The notes under the pieces were generated by a model that did not search any database, was not told the origin of the DNA, and was given only the letters and a program-made list of their open reading frames with translations. From Podarcis liolepis (lineage: Eukaryota), in the NCBI GenBank assembly GCA_965112155.1, contig OZ218108.1: 64,000 nt of DNA; one strand, 5' to 3'. Made by a program: the position numbers and the translations under genes. Below are positions 12,432-23,861 of this stretch, piece after piece (position 1 is the first letter of the stretch; the number at the start of each line of letters is the position of its first letter).

Positions 12432-12986
12432 GTTGTCGTTTAGTCGTTTAGTCGTGTCCGACTCTTTGTGACTCCATGGACCAGAGCACGCCAGGCTCTC
12501 CTGTCTTCCACTGCCTCCCACAGTTTGGGCAAACTCATGCTGGTAGCTTCGAGAACACTGTCCAACCAGGGAGTCTTCTCTTCTCATGAGGTGGCCAAAG
12601 TATTGGAGTCTCACCTTCAGGATCTGTCCTTCCAGTGAGCACTCAGGGCTGATTTCCTTCAGAATGGATAGGTTTGATCTTCTTGCAGTCCATGGGACTC
12701 TCCTCCAGCACCATAATTCAAAAGTATCAATTATTCAGCGATCAGCCTTCTTTATGGTCCAGCTCTCACTTCCATACATCACTACTGGGAAAACGCCTTC
12801 ATGGATCACTGCCTTGCCATGGCGAAGGGGCTTGAATAACTCAGAGAAGCTATGAGCTATGCCGTGCAGGGCCACCCAAGATGGACAGGTCATAGTGGAG
12901 AGTTTTGACCAACCATGATCCACCTGGAGCAGGAACTGGCAAGCCACTCCAGTATTCCTGCCAAGAAAACTCCATGGACAAAGACA
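12432..12986 (-). mobile_element. RTE-BovB LINE: 3' end on - strand plus an inverted 5' segment (12795-12986, + strand)
   Basis: BovB tail (gagtcggacacgactaaacgactaaacgac) and RT C-terminal coding (VFPVVMYGSESWTIKKADR, LRLQYFGHLMRREDSL) on the - strand. BovB 5'-region sequence (..tgatccacctggagcaggaactggcaagccactccagtat..) on the + strand. 12-bp TSD AAGACAGTTATT at 12420-12431 and 12981-12992. Confidence 0.88.
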
Positions 12987-14989
12987 GTTATTAGTAGACC
13001 CCTATTCCTCTAACAGAGCATCCATTCCCAGAATTCCCTGGAGAGGGGTTGGTTGTTCAACCACTCTGAGTACTGAAACGTCAAATAGAACTCTTACAAC
13101 AACTCCCTTCACCCTTAACAGACTATTTTCCTATCAACAACTTTAACAGCACCTTAGAATCTGCTCATTGACCACACGAGCGTCCTCTTGGCCCTGATGG
13201 AACCTATTGTGACATGTGGCACACATCCTCACTCAACTTCTGTTATTGTGGTTTGGAAGAACCCACAAACATTCTGTAGCTTTGACCCTCTCGACAGCCT
13301 CCATGCTTGCTTCCCCACAGTTTGTTCCTGTATTTTATAGTATCTTCTTTATACAGTGCAACTATTCTTTTTTAGCCTCGGAGATACAGATACATAGATA
13401 CAGATGAGTCAAAAACTATTTATCAGCGAGTTCTTGAATAATTAGAACGTTTGGTGGAAATGCTTCTCACCGCCACCAGCATCACCATAAGAGCTCTAGC
13501 ATAACGCCTGACAAATGGAGCTTTAACTTCACAATAGGTCTCACAGCAGGCTCGAAACACGGAGAAGGACGCTGTGGGCTTTCCCCCCTTCTTATTGTCT
13601 TATTTATAGTGTGTCTTAATTGGTTCCTGGATAGGAAAATAGCCTAGTTGAGGCATTTAAAATCCTCATTAAAAACTTTGTGGAGATGATGACATAGAGG
13701 GAGTGCATGTTTGGAAGGAGAGAGCTAGGAAAGAACAGGGGCAAGTATGTGGTCCAGGTGAGATTGAAGTTAAAGTTCAGAGCAATGAACAAATTTCATA
13801 TGGGCAAGATTCAGATATAGAAAAGATTAGGAAGATGAGAAGACTTGAAATATGGTAGCCGAAGGCAAGGCCAAGCCATATGAATGACCAACAGTTCTGT
13901 CATTGAAAATGTCTCAAGAGGAAGATCTTACATCTTTCCCCCAACTTCTAGTATCATGTCCAGTTGAAGATTTGCCCTGTACATTATCATCTCTGCAGGA
14001 TCGTCTTCATTTTTTTTTTAATTAGGTGAGCATCAGTCTCCATTTTGTTACTCACACTTTTACTTGGAAAGTACAGTTTTCATTAGGCTAAAGATATTCA
14101 CTGTTCTTTGAAAAGTCAAGTTCATTTTTCACAATAATCTTGCTTTCAACTCCTAAGCTGCACATCATCAGGTCTGTAATTAGTTTGATGGACTGCTCAT
14201 ATGACTTAGCTTTGCCATGTCTGTTACAGATCATAGTATTTTTTGAAATTCAAAGTGCCTTGATCCATTTATAATTTCTTTCACACTCTCAAATTAATGT
14301 ATTACATATCTCTAGAATTTCTGGTCCTCGCACACATAATGCTGCAGAAAATATACCCTTCAAATATCTTTCCAATATGACTAACTTCAAGAAAAAGAAC
14401 AGTCAAGTTTCCAAACATTTTGTTGGGGGGGGGGGGCGAAGGATAAAGATGAATCAAGGTTTCTCATGTTTGCAATCTTACATGTAGTGTAACTTAACTG
14501 CCCAATTATCAGTCCTGATATGCTAAGTATTTAAGCTTGACTATCTAGATTTAGGTTGATTTCTTCCCCTAGAGTTTGATGACATTAACTTGATTTAGCT
14601 TAAATATGAGTGCCCATTGAAATGGTTGGTCAATAAATAGTATAGTTGTAATTTCTTGGTCCAAATCCAATGCCTAATGGCAAGGTTACATTATGATTAT
14701 ATAATGCAGTTAGCCTATTACGTTGCAACATAGGATAGGGACTTCTCTGTTGTGGTTTCCTGGCTTTAGAATTCACTTTTCCCGGAGGCATTGAAGGCAG
14801 AGACTTTAATATAAACACATTTCTGTTCTCCTAGACAATAGGAGTGAGTCCATGAGAGTCACTCTTGTTCTTGATTTCTAGACTGCTGCCATACCACACT
14901 GATTCCTATTGGTTGTTTTATTGAAATGTACTTTAAATTTAGTTGCTTTTTCATGTTGGAAACTGCCCTGGGATTACTGAAGTGATGAA

Positions 14990-15179
14990 GTTACAGGTAG
15001 GTAGCCGTGTTGGTCTGCCATAGTCAAAATAAAAAAATTCCTTCCAGTAGCACCTTAAAGACCAACTAAGTTAGTTCTTGGTGTGTATCTGAAGAAGTGT
15101 GCATGCACACGAAAGCTCATACCAAGAACTAACTTAGTTGGTCTTTAAGGTGCTACTGGAAGGAATTTTTTTATTTTGA
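14990..15179. mobile_element. Penelope-like (Poseidon-type) pseudo-LTR mini-insertion with inverted arms
   Basis: Same sequence as the pLTR at 24546-24681. Perfect 59-bp inverted repeat 15024-15082 / 15121-15179. 13-bp TSD TGAAGTGATGAAG at 14978-14990 and 15177-15189. Confidence 0.9.
15085..15122 (+). ncRNA. Minimal type I hammerhead ribozyme (Penelope type)
   Basis: GTAT-CTGAAGA-A-GTGTG(CATG)CACAC-GAAA-GC-TC-ATAC: stem I GUAU/AUAC, CUGANGA core, stem II, GAAA, palindromic AGCU in place of stem III. Predicted cleavage after C15118. Confidence 0.85.
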
Positions 15180-15468
15180 AGTGATGAAGGACAGTCTATA
15201 AAACTGATTGGTGAATAAATAAATAAATAAATAAATAAATAAATATTTCCTGTGTTATAAGTTGGTGAGGGAGAAGTAGGCTAAGAGCTCATGTCTGAGG
15301 ACTATTACCTGCCCTGCACCCGGAGAGCCCTATGCACTCTGGGCACAGAGTGGCACCTGGTGCTTTGGATAGAGATTGAATCAGGTAGCAAATGCAACAG
15401 CATTCTTAGGGATATTCATGGCGGCTATGCACTACCTCCAAATTCAAAGGCAGTTTTATGTGGAAAAG

Positions 15469-16352
15469 CAGGCCTTTATTTCAGTCAAAACTTGCCTGAA
15501 CTCAGTTCCGGCACCTTTCAGGTGGGCGCCATTGCCATTCTAAGAGAACAAGGCAGCAGGGCCATCTTAAGCATGTCCGGTGCCGTGGTGCAAAGATCCC
15601 TCCAGTGCCCCCCCCTGGTTTCCCAGACCTTTTTTAAGGGAGGGAACGCCAGCAGTGGCGGAGGAAACCCCTTGGGAGGGGCCGGTGCTGCTGGCGACAC
15701 GCCCAGCTTTGCGGGGCTGGAGGAGGCAGGCAGTGGCTGTAGGGTGGCTCCTCCGGCGGGGAAGAGGCGGAGGCTGGACGTGGTGCCTCCTGGCTCAGCT
15801 GGCCGCTTCGTGCCGCGGTGGCCACAGCAGGTGGAGGCTCCGGGTGTGGCGCTGCTTCGGTACGGCATGGCGGAAACAGGTGAGGGTGGCAAGTGGACCA
15901 GGGGAGCCGGCCCTGTGGAGATCTGTGGTACCTGATGCCCGGCTCGAAGATGAAGATGGCTAGCAGACGAAGATGCCTGCGCCTCAAACCATTGGGCAAG
16001 CGAGCATACCAAACCATTGGAGAAAGCGAGCGGGCCTGTGCCGAGTGAGTGTGCATGTGCCTCTCCTGCCAAGCGTCAGCTCGTTGCCACCCCCTTTAGC
16101 CTTCTGGTGCCCTGCAGAATTCGGTGCCTACAGGCTAAAAGGGAAAAAACTGAGCCGATGCTCAGCAGGAGTGGCGCATGCACTCTCACTCACTCAGCGC
16201 GCTTGTTCAGTGTTCCCCAGACTCTTGCCTGGTGCCCTTCAGAACTTGGCGCCCTGGTGCCCCGCACCACTAGCGTCTTTGGGTAAGACAGCCCTGCAAG
16301 GGAGGTGTTCATAGTGAGTTCCACCACCTCTTTTTCTAGAAAAATAGCACTA
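15469..16352. mobile_element. Short hAT MITE interrupted by a second hAT element
   Basis: Ends CAGGCCTTTATTTC / GAAAAATAGCACT resemble the TIRs of the 26309-26457 element. The internal motif AGTTCC(GG/AC)CACCT occurs on both sides of the insertion. TSD unclear. Confidence 0.55.
15557..16296. mobile_element. GC/CpG-rich non-autonomous hAT (Tip100-like) element
   Basis: TIRs CAGGGCCATCTTA / TAAGACAGCCCTG. 8-bp TSD CAAGG(C/G)AG at 15549-15556 and 16297-16304. Confidence 0.82.
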
Positions 16353-17519
16353 TTATGGAACAAGAGTAGAGGGGCATTAACATCATTTGCTGCCCATGGA
16401 CTTTCCATAAGAATCTGGCTGGTCAAGGAGGAAAAGGATACGGGACTAGATGAACCTTTGGTCTGATCCAAAAGGGCTCTTACATTCCTAAGGACACAGC
16501 AGCATTTTAAACTTTTGAATGGCCCTAAGGGAAAATTGCAAGCTCCTTTTCTCATCTGTTGCATCTTAGCACTTCTGCTGGAGACCAGGAGTAGGAGGCT
16601 AAACCTCTAAAACGTCAGACTGAACCTGGAGACTTGGCAACTCTTGGAAGGAATAGCACAGAAACATTACCCTAGATGTGAAACTCTTCCTCCAGCAAAG
16701 TTGGACTAGAGAATTAATGGGAGCAAATCTAAGGGAAACGGTTCAGGCTTAAATAATTAAAAGTTATATGTAATGGAGATTTCCCCCCACCCCCATAAAA
16801 TTCCCTTTAAAAAATGTGGAGATAGATTATGGTATTTTTATTCAGACATCTGAGGCTCTGCACCACTATCCTTAGCATTCTTAAGGTTCGTCCCAATCTG
16901 ACTTGTATCTATTGAGTAAAATAGCAACAGTTTAATCTCTTTTGATTAGCAACTGAACACAGCTACTAACTGCAAAGCAAGATGCTTCAAGGCTGGGAGA
17001 ACTGCCACCATTTTATTTCTTCTAGGTGGAGTAGAGGGTATTGTTGGAGGTCACAGTGGCAGGGTGAGCAATTCCCTAGCTTAAATGGGATTTTGATAAC
17101 CCTATAACCTTCCACTAAAATAACATATAATGTGGCTTATTTTTCTTTCTTTCATGTTACACCAAATACTAGGCAGGAATTGGTGATAACCAAACCCCCC
17201 CCCCCTCATTGCACATCCTTCCAGTATTGATTAGCATGGTTCCACACTCAACAAAGATCTCTGAAAGGTCCCATCTGTCTGGCAAGCAGTGTTTCACCCA
17301 ATGATTTGTATCAGTTTCTGCAAAGCTGGGTAAAGATTGGAAAGGTTGGATGCCTTTTATGCACAACAAGCCCTGAAAAGGCTGTTAATATTGCTCATGA
17401 CTTAGTTTATTATCATTTCCTGTTGTAGCAACGCCTTCCACCCTGGCCTAATTACAGCTGGCCTTCCTCATTGGGTACATGGCGGGTTTATAAGTCGTCT
17501 GATTATTCAGCAAAAATTA

Positions 17520-18162
17520 CCGTATTTTTCGCTCTATATGACGCACCTTTTCCCCTCCAAAAATTAAGGGGAAATGTGTGTGCATCCTATGGAGCGAATG
17601 CAGGCTCCTTGGCTTCAGCAATAGCACTCCCTCCACGCTCCGGAGGCTTCACATTGCTTTCACTGAAGCCTGGAGAGCGAGGGGTCGGTGCGCACCAACC
17701 CCTCTCGCTCTCCAGGCTTCAGGGATAGCTGCCTGAAGCCTTTGGAGTCCAGCGCGAGTTTCCGCTACATTCCAGAGGCTTCGGGTTCCTTTCACTGAAG
17801 CCAGGAGATTCTTGCTCTCCCGGTTTCAGCAAAAGGAACCTGAAGCCTGTGGAGCGCAGCGGGAACTCCCACTACGCTACGGAGGCTTCGAGTTGCCTTC
17901 ACTGAAGGCGACTGAACGCACCTTGAACGCACTGAATGCACCTTGTTTTAGAGGGGGAGAACAAGGGGAAAAAATTCTCCCCCTCTCTGAGCAGCGCCCC
18001 TTCAGCGAAGCGGCAGGAGAAATGGAAGGGGCTCAGTTTCTTCTGCCGCTTCGCTGATGGGGCACTGAGCAGAGAGGGGGAGATTTTTTTCCTTCTCATT
18101 CTCCCCCTCTAAAACAAGGTGTGTCCTATGGTCGGGTGCGTCCTATAGAGTGAAAAATATGG
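17520..18162. mobile_element. Tc2/pogo-like MITE related to 4446-5180, opposite orientation
   Basis: TIR CCGTATTTTTCGCTCTAT / ATAGAGTGAAAAATATGG. TA at 17518-17519 and 18163-18164. Shares terminal ~90 bp and the GTGCGCAC-centred palindrome with 4446-5180. Confidence 0.88.
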
Positions 18163-18599
18163 TATATACTGCTTATATGAATATATTCTAGGGGGAGATT
18201 TATGGCTGTGCGAGCAGTTTGCATGCACTAGGTGCTAAGTCTCAAAACCCAGTGAGTGAGGCACTGAGCTTTGAGAAGGAGGCATGAGGCTCTTACACAG
18301 TCCTCCTCTTTCCTAAAGCCCTATATATCACTTTCCCAGCTTTGGGAAGGAGGCGGGAGATTTCTAGGATCCTGCCAGAGCCCTCACACCTCCTTCCCAA
18401 AACCGGACACCTCCTTACCCACCTTTGGGAAGGCAATGCGAGGACCCGGGGGGGGGTGGGGGTTGGCTTTGCACAGGACACCATAGTACCCAATTCCACC
18501 ACTGTCATTTCCCGATGATGTTTTAAAGGAATGAATGCAGAACCAAAACAAATGGCCACTACTATGATTTTTTCCATATAGTTCTCTCGCCAAGTAACG

Positions 18600-18858
18600 T
18601 GTGCAGAAGAAAGGCATCTACTTGAGTAAAGTGTGTGTAAAATGCACATATTAGTGAAAAAATAATACCAAATGCCTTAGGAATACAAAATGTGTATATG
18701 GGATTATGCAAAATTGCATACAGAAATGTGTATATTCTGCGGATGAACTTTCATCCGGACTTTTCAAACTGAAGAGGAAATGGGGGGAACCAACCTTGAG
18801 ATTGGAAAAATGAGAAACTGAGGGAAAAAACCAAAATGACAGATTCATCCGTCTCTAG
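18600..18858. mobile_element. Old repeat (probably a DNA transposon), family also at ~63315-63667
   Basis: Shared aaatgtgtatat repeats and ...agattggaaaaatgagaaactgag...aaaatgacagattc...c(c/t)ct(a/g) terminus in both copies. Confidence 0.5.
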
Positions 18859-20769
18859 TAGGCAGGTAAACTGCATCATTCTTCCTGGTAAGGCTCACTT
18901 GCTAGGAAATTAGCATAGTGACAATGTCCCATCCAAAGATCTAATTCTGGTGGCATGTGACCAACGTTCTCAGCAGTCCCTAATTTGTGGACAGTCACAG
19001 CGTCTCTATAGATGGTGGTCTTACCTTCTACCCCAGCTAAGCATACATAGGATTTGGTGGGATATCTCAGGACCTGGTATTAGGTAACTATAGGATTGCT
19101 TGGCTTGACAATTAAATTCAGGACACTACTGGGCTACAAGGTATTAGCATATTCCTCGTTGGTCATTTCATCAACAGTGTTTGCAAGAAAGAGTCAAACA
19201 TGGATTTTAAGGACTGATATTTCAAAAGTCAAAGTTCAAATTATGCTGCCAATTTGTTAAGTCATGTTAGCTTCAAAAAGGACTACTGCGTTCAGCTATA
19301 ACTGCTTCTAATATTATGCCTTCCTCCATCAAAGGAAGTATTTATATGTGACAGGCATAATTATGCTAAGAAATAAGCAAAATGAATTTTTTATTTTTTA
19401 AAAAAGTTAAATGTTCTTTATAAAGGAAGAAAGTACAACCTTCCCTAGTTGTACTTAATAAAAGCGTATTTGAAAAGTTATAAAAATGCTCTGAAGACGA
19501 TACAGTACTTATTTTTCTCTGACGGGAAAAAAAATATTTCAGAACTGAATAGCTTCTAAAAGACTTTGATACCTCTTTTATCACTGTGGCCAGTTTAAAC
19601 ATTTCCATGCTTTAAGTTAACAGGATATTTTAAAATACAGTCTCCATTTCACTGGGGGAGATAGAAAATAATAGGATTAAGGTTCTGATTGAAACTTTTC
19701 CAGTCATGGGATACGTTGGTGATTAATTCACTTTTGTTGGAAACTTCTGGCAGGCAAAAGATAATATTCAGTACAACTAACCCTGGTTGTGTGCATTAAA
19801 ACTCTGAATGCAAGCCTATGTGTTTGAGACCTAGAACTGGGTTTTTCGCTCTTTGGGGATCTGGCTCATTAACTGCACATCTTCAAGGCCTAGTTCTAGT
19901 ATAACCAACAAAAAAAATAGCTGTATCTCTTTGTTGTTGTTATTATTTTGCTAAAGTTAAGCCAACACAATTCCTGCCATTGCTTCTCCTCATTTTTAGA
20001 AGCCACCAAATCCTTTCTTCTTCTTCTTCTTCTTCTATTCTTTAATCAGGATTGTGTGTTTTAAATGTGGCAATTCATAGCCTCCTACAGCACCTCTGTT
20101 GCTTCATCTTCTTCTCACCCCTTTTCCCCACCTTAAAGTATTATACTGAAGTATTGTACCTAGGGTGTGGAAACTCCGGCTCAGGCTCCAAATGCAACCC
20201 TCCATGTCTTTCTGTCTTGTCCTGGGAACATTTCTCAGACAACAGCTCTCCTCAGACTACACCCATCCATGTCCACAGCAAAACACTGAAAGGAGACAAT
20301 AGTGTGTGAGAGAAATAAGAACATTGCCCTATATCTCAGGTTCCACAAGTGCTAGAAACCTGTCTCTTTTCAATGAAAGGTAGGAATCTGGGAATTTACC
20401 CCATGTGGATATCTATGGTCACCACCACCCTACTTCTCCTGGTCCATGTCCTCCTATAATACTGGTTGGAATATGTCCTTGAGCTGTGGTAATACCTTCT
20501 GCTTGCCTAGATGGATTGTGGATTATTATTTTTTGTAGGGAGCAGGAAGAAGGATGCAGAAACTTCTAACCTTTCTATGGCTGGTATGTGCCCTACTGTA
20601 CATGGGCAAATTATGTATCTGCTGCTCATCTCAGTATTTGCCTCTGGCCATGTCCATGACTGGCACATGGCCACTGGAAGGCTGTTCATGAGGGAGTATG
20701 TCCCTCAGATTGAATAAGGCTCCCCACAGTTGTGCTGATGATCGTGTTGTGTTGCTGATCATGGAACCT

Positions 20770-21460
20770 CAGACCCTCCAAGTGTCCCTATTTTCCAGGG
20801 ACAGTCCTGGATTTACAGAAGCCATCCTGGTTTCTGATTTGATCCCAGAATGTCCCGCTTTTCCTTAGGACGTCCCTATTTTTAATCAGAGAAATGTTGG
20901 AGGGTATGGAGTTATGCAACTCCCAAGCCAAGGAGATAAGATACCACCTTTAGAAAAAATCTGAAGACAGCCCTGTGTAGGGAAGCTTTTTATGTTTAAT
21001 GTTTTCTATGTGTTGGAAGCCACCAAAGTGGCTGAGGCAACTCAATCAGATGGGCAGGGTATATGTTATGTAGTGAAGTTCTCACCCTGGGCCAGCAGGG
21101 GGATACTGTAGATAGTTATGCAAATGAAGGATCGAAAGTGACGTTCAGTGATTGGATAGTTTGTATGCAAATGAAGGATCGAAAGTGACGTTCAGTGATT
21201 GGATAGTTTTAGAAAGTTGCAACAGTTACAATTGTTCTGGAGCTCTATATAAGCAGGCTGACTGAGCTCCTCAGTTCAGTTCTGTTCCAGCTTACAAATA
21301 AAGAGCTGCTTTGGAAGAATCGCTGTGTCGTCTGATATGTTTGCCCACATCTTAACAGTGTAAATAATGTTATTATTTATAAATATATTGTTTGTTTGTT
21401 TGTTTGTTTGTTTTGGAATAGGACGTCCCTATTTTCATCGGAGAAATGTTGGAAGGTATG
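20770..21460. mobile_element. hAT-like MITE containing an L2 tail and a nested solo LTR
   Basis: TIR CA(G/T)ACC(C/T)TCCAA at both ends. Internal repeat ggacgtccctatttt..gagaaatgttgga(g/a)ggtatg at ~20868-20910 and ~21420-21460. No clean TSD. Confidence 0.6.
21064..21357 (+). mobile_element. Solo LTR (Copia-like size and TSD)
   Basis: TGTTA...TAACA termini. 5-bp TSD GT(A/G)TA at 21059-21063 and 21358-21362. TATATAA at ~21247, AATAAA at ~21297. Splits an L2 tail (gggcagggtata|aataat). Confidence 0.8.
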
Positions 21461-23677
21461 GGACATTCCTGATACCTTTACAAAAATTACTGTAAGTCCT
21501 CTGTCAGACGTATGGGGCTGTTTTGCACTCTCCTGAGAAAACATACAAAAGGAAAGCCGAGCTTGCTCACAGCAGCACTTACTTGGGCATCTTGTGTGCA
21601 GCCAGCAAGCACTTGAAGCCTGGAGAGAGTATTATCCTGTCAGGATTATGGATGTTTCCACTGCCCCAGAGACCAAAGGAGACTGCCTGGCTGACCCACA
21701 AAAGACAGACTCAGTCCCTTTCCAATGCTTTATTATTACACACATAAGTATAGGTTCCCCTAGCACACAAATCTTAACACTAATAATCTAGCAGCCGATA
21801 ATATAAATTTACTCGATCAGTCTGAAAACACTCTGGCTGGTTGCTCAGACCAACCAGAGGGCAGACATCTTACCAAACGCTGCAGTGAAATGGGTGCCAG
21901 GAGAAATCTGAAGAGCTGTTTCATGGTAAAACACAGGGGGCTTTTAAAGGGTTAGAGCTTGATGTCCCCAATAAGTTGGTCAGATGATGAAGTTCAGTAT
22001 AAATTGCCTTGGGCTTAATGGAAAAGGAGATTCCTAAATTAATCTATTAATTATTATTAGTAGTAGTAATAATAATTTAGTAGTAGCAGTTTAGTTGGAG
22101 TAGTAGTAATAAATGGCTGAGTTGCTCTTCAGTAAAGCCCTCTTTAAAATACTGGTATATATAACAGACAAAAGCCCAAACATGGACTGCTGTAACACAG
22201 AGGAGGTGTTTATTGTGCAACCTATAATCATTCGTCTGTTGCATCAGCAAAGACTGGTTCCAAGGGTGGCTGAATTATTTATTCAAGAGTCAGAAACTGC
22301 ATTGTAAGCCACAGAGGGGGAGAAACGGTCTTGAACAGTAGCCACCTGGAGAAAGCACTGTTATTGCATTCATACTCAGGAGAGCTTCATTTGCAAATTG
22401 GGAGGGTTTACAAAAGCATCATGGGAGTAGAGTTCAGGTGCTGTAAGCTGCCTGTCTTAAGAGTTAGCTGATGTTTTGGGAAATTAATTTGGAGGATGTT
22501 TGGAACGTGGCTCCGCTTTTTTTCCCCCTTTAAAAGGAGGAATCTGCCTAAGAATTCACACAGGCTTTCTTAAAAAGCACAATAATGCTTCTTTACGAAA
22601 CAAAAAGCCACTATTCCAAACCGAAAAAAGAGGGTGAGGTTGGGGGCTCTCTTATCTGACAACAATTGAAAATTGACTATGGTTGTCACAAATTCGAATG
22701 CAAAGCTTCCTTCTCTGAAACCTAATCCACGGTATCAAGTTGGGCTTCCTACAGAGGATTGCTAGCAAAATGACAAGAGAGAATCCATGCTTATTAAAAA
22801 CGCAGAACAACCTTGCTAAGCCGTACACCTTATGATTCACCAGACGAAAGCGCTCTCTAATTCTTAGCAAATATTGTACAGCTAAAAAATCTAGAAAGGT
22901 GTTCCATTTCCAACATGCCCTCTTTATTGTGGTGTCCCTCTCTTTATTCAAAAGTTCAAACACTCTCAAACGTGGGGTGTTTTAACCCACTTGAGCGTGT
23001 GACACTTGGCTTAAAGCTGTGAGAATCCAGAAGGAGCCACACCAGGTTTTTGGAAGATCACCCCTTCTACTGAGGTGGGCATGCCTCCCAGATTTATTAC
23101 ATTCTTATTCCAGCTTGTCTCCAGCTTGTGATGATCTTCACAATCATCCAGTAAAGTAGGGGAGGCTAAAATTCTTCTTTTTTTGCTCTGGCAAGCCTAC
23201 TCAGATGTGTACATCTGACATTTTAATATCTAATTTTATTTTATAGTGTATGCGTTTTTAAAACAGCTGATTTCATTAATATTTTGTCATTTTTTTAGAT
23301 CAACTTGTGTTTAAAATCTTCTTTTATTTGTATTTTTAATGTATATTCTATGTAAACTGCTGAGGGGTTTTGATTATTAAGCGGTGTTTAAATCCTGTTA
23401 AATAAAATAAAGATACTGGAGTCACATTTGCACATTATGCTGAGCTATAGTGAAGACACAACAAGCTTTGTAAGCTAAACAAACCGTGGCTTATGTTAAG
23501 CTGCAGAGCTAGGCTTGGATGATCAAACAAACCATGTGTATTTACTATGTAAAATGTTAGTAAATCATGGCTTAGTGTTATGTGCAAACCAGTCCAATGA
23601 CTGTCCAAAGGTTACTCAAAATAAAAAAAATCCTTCCAGTAGCACCTTAGAGACCAACTACCGTAAGTTTGTTATTG

Positions 23678-23715
23678 GTAGGAGCTTTCGTGTGCATGCA
23701 CACTTCTTCAAATAC
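23678..23715 (-). ncRNA. Degenerate hammerhead ribozyme in the sense pLTR
   Basis: The - strand reads GTAT-TTGAAGA-A-GTGTGCATGCACAC-GAAA-GCTC-CTAC: C3>U core mutation and a stem I mismatch. Confidence 0.7.
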
Positions 23716-23861
23716 ACTGAAATAGAAGTCACCAGACCCTTATATATACCGTAGTGAGAAGGTGGAGAGGGGTATTAGGTGTGGTAAACCTGTTGACGAC
23801 TGTTAAGGACTGCAATTGGTCTTACAGGAAAAAGCAAGGAGTGAGATGGCTAAAAATAGCT

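Noticed and set aside
15291-16314. Overlapping long ORFs (214, 184, 140, 127 aa)
   Set aside because: They lie in a GC-rich hAT element with TIRs and TSD. Open frames on both strands reflect composition, and there is no recognisable domain.
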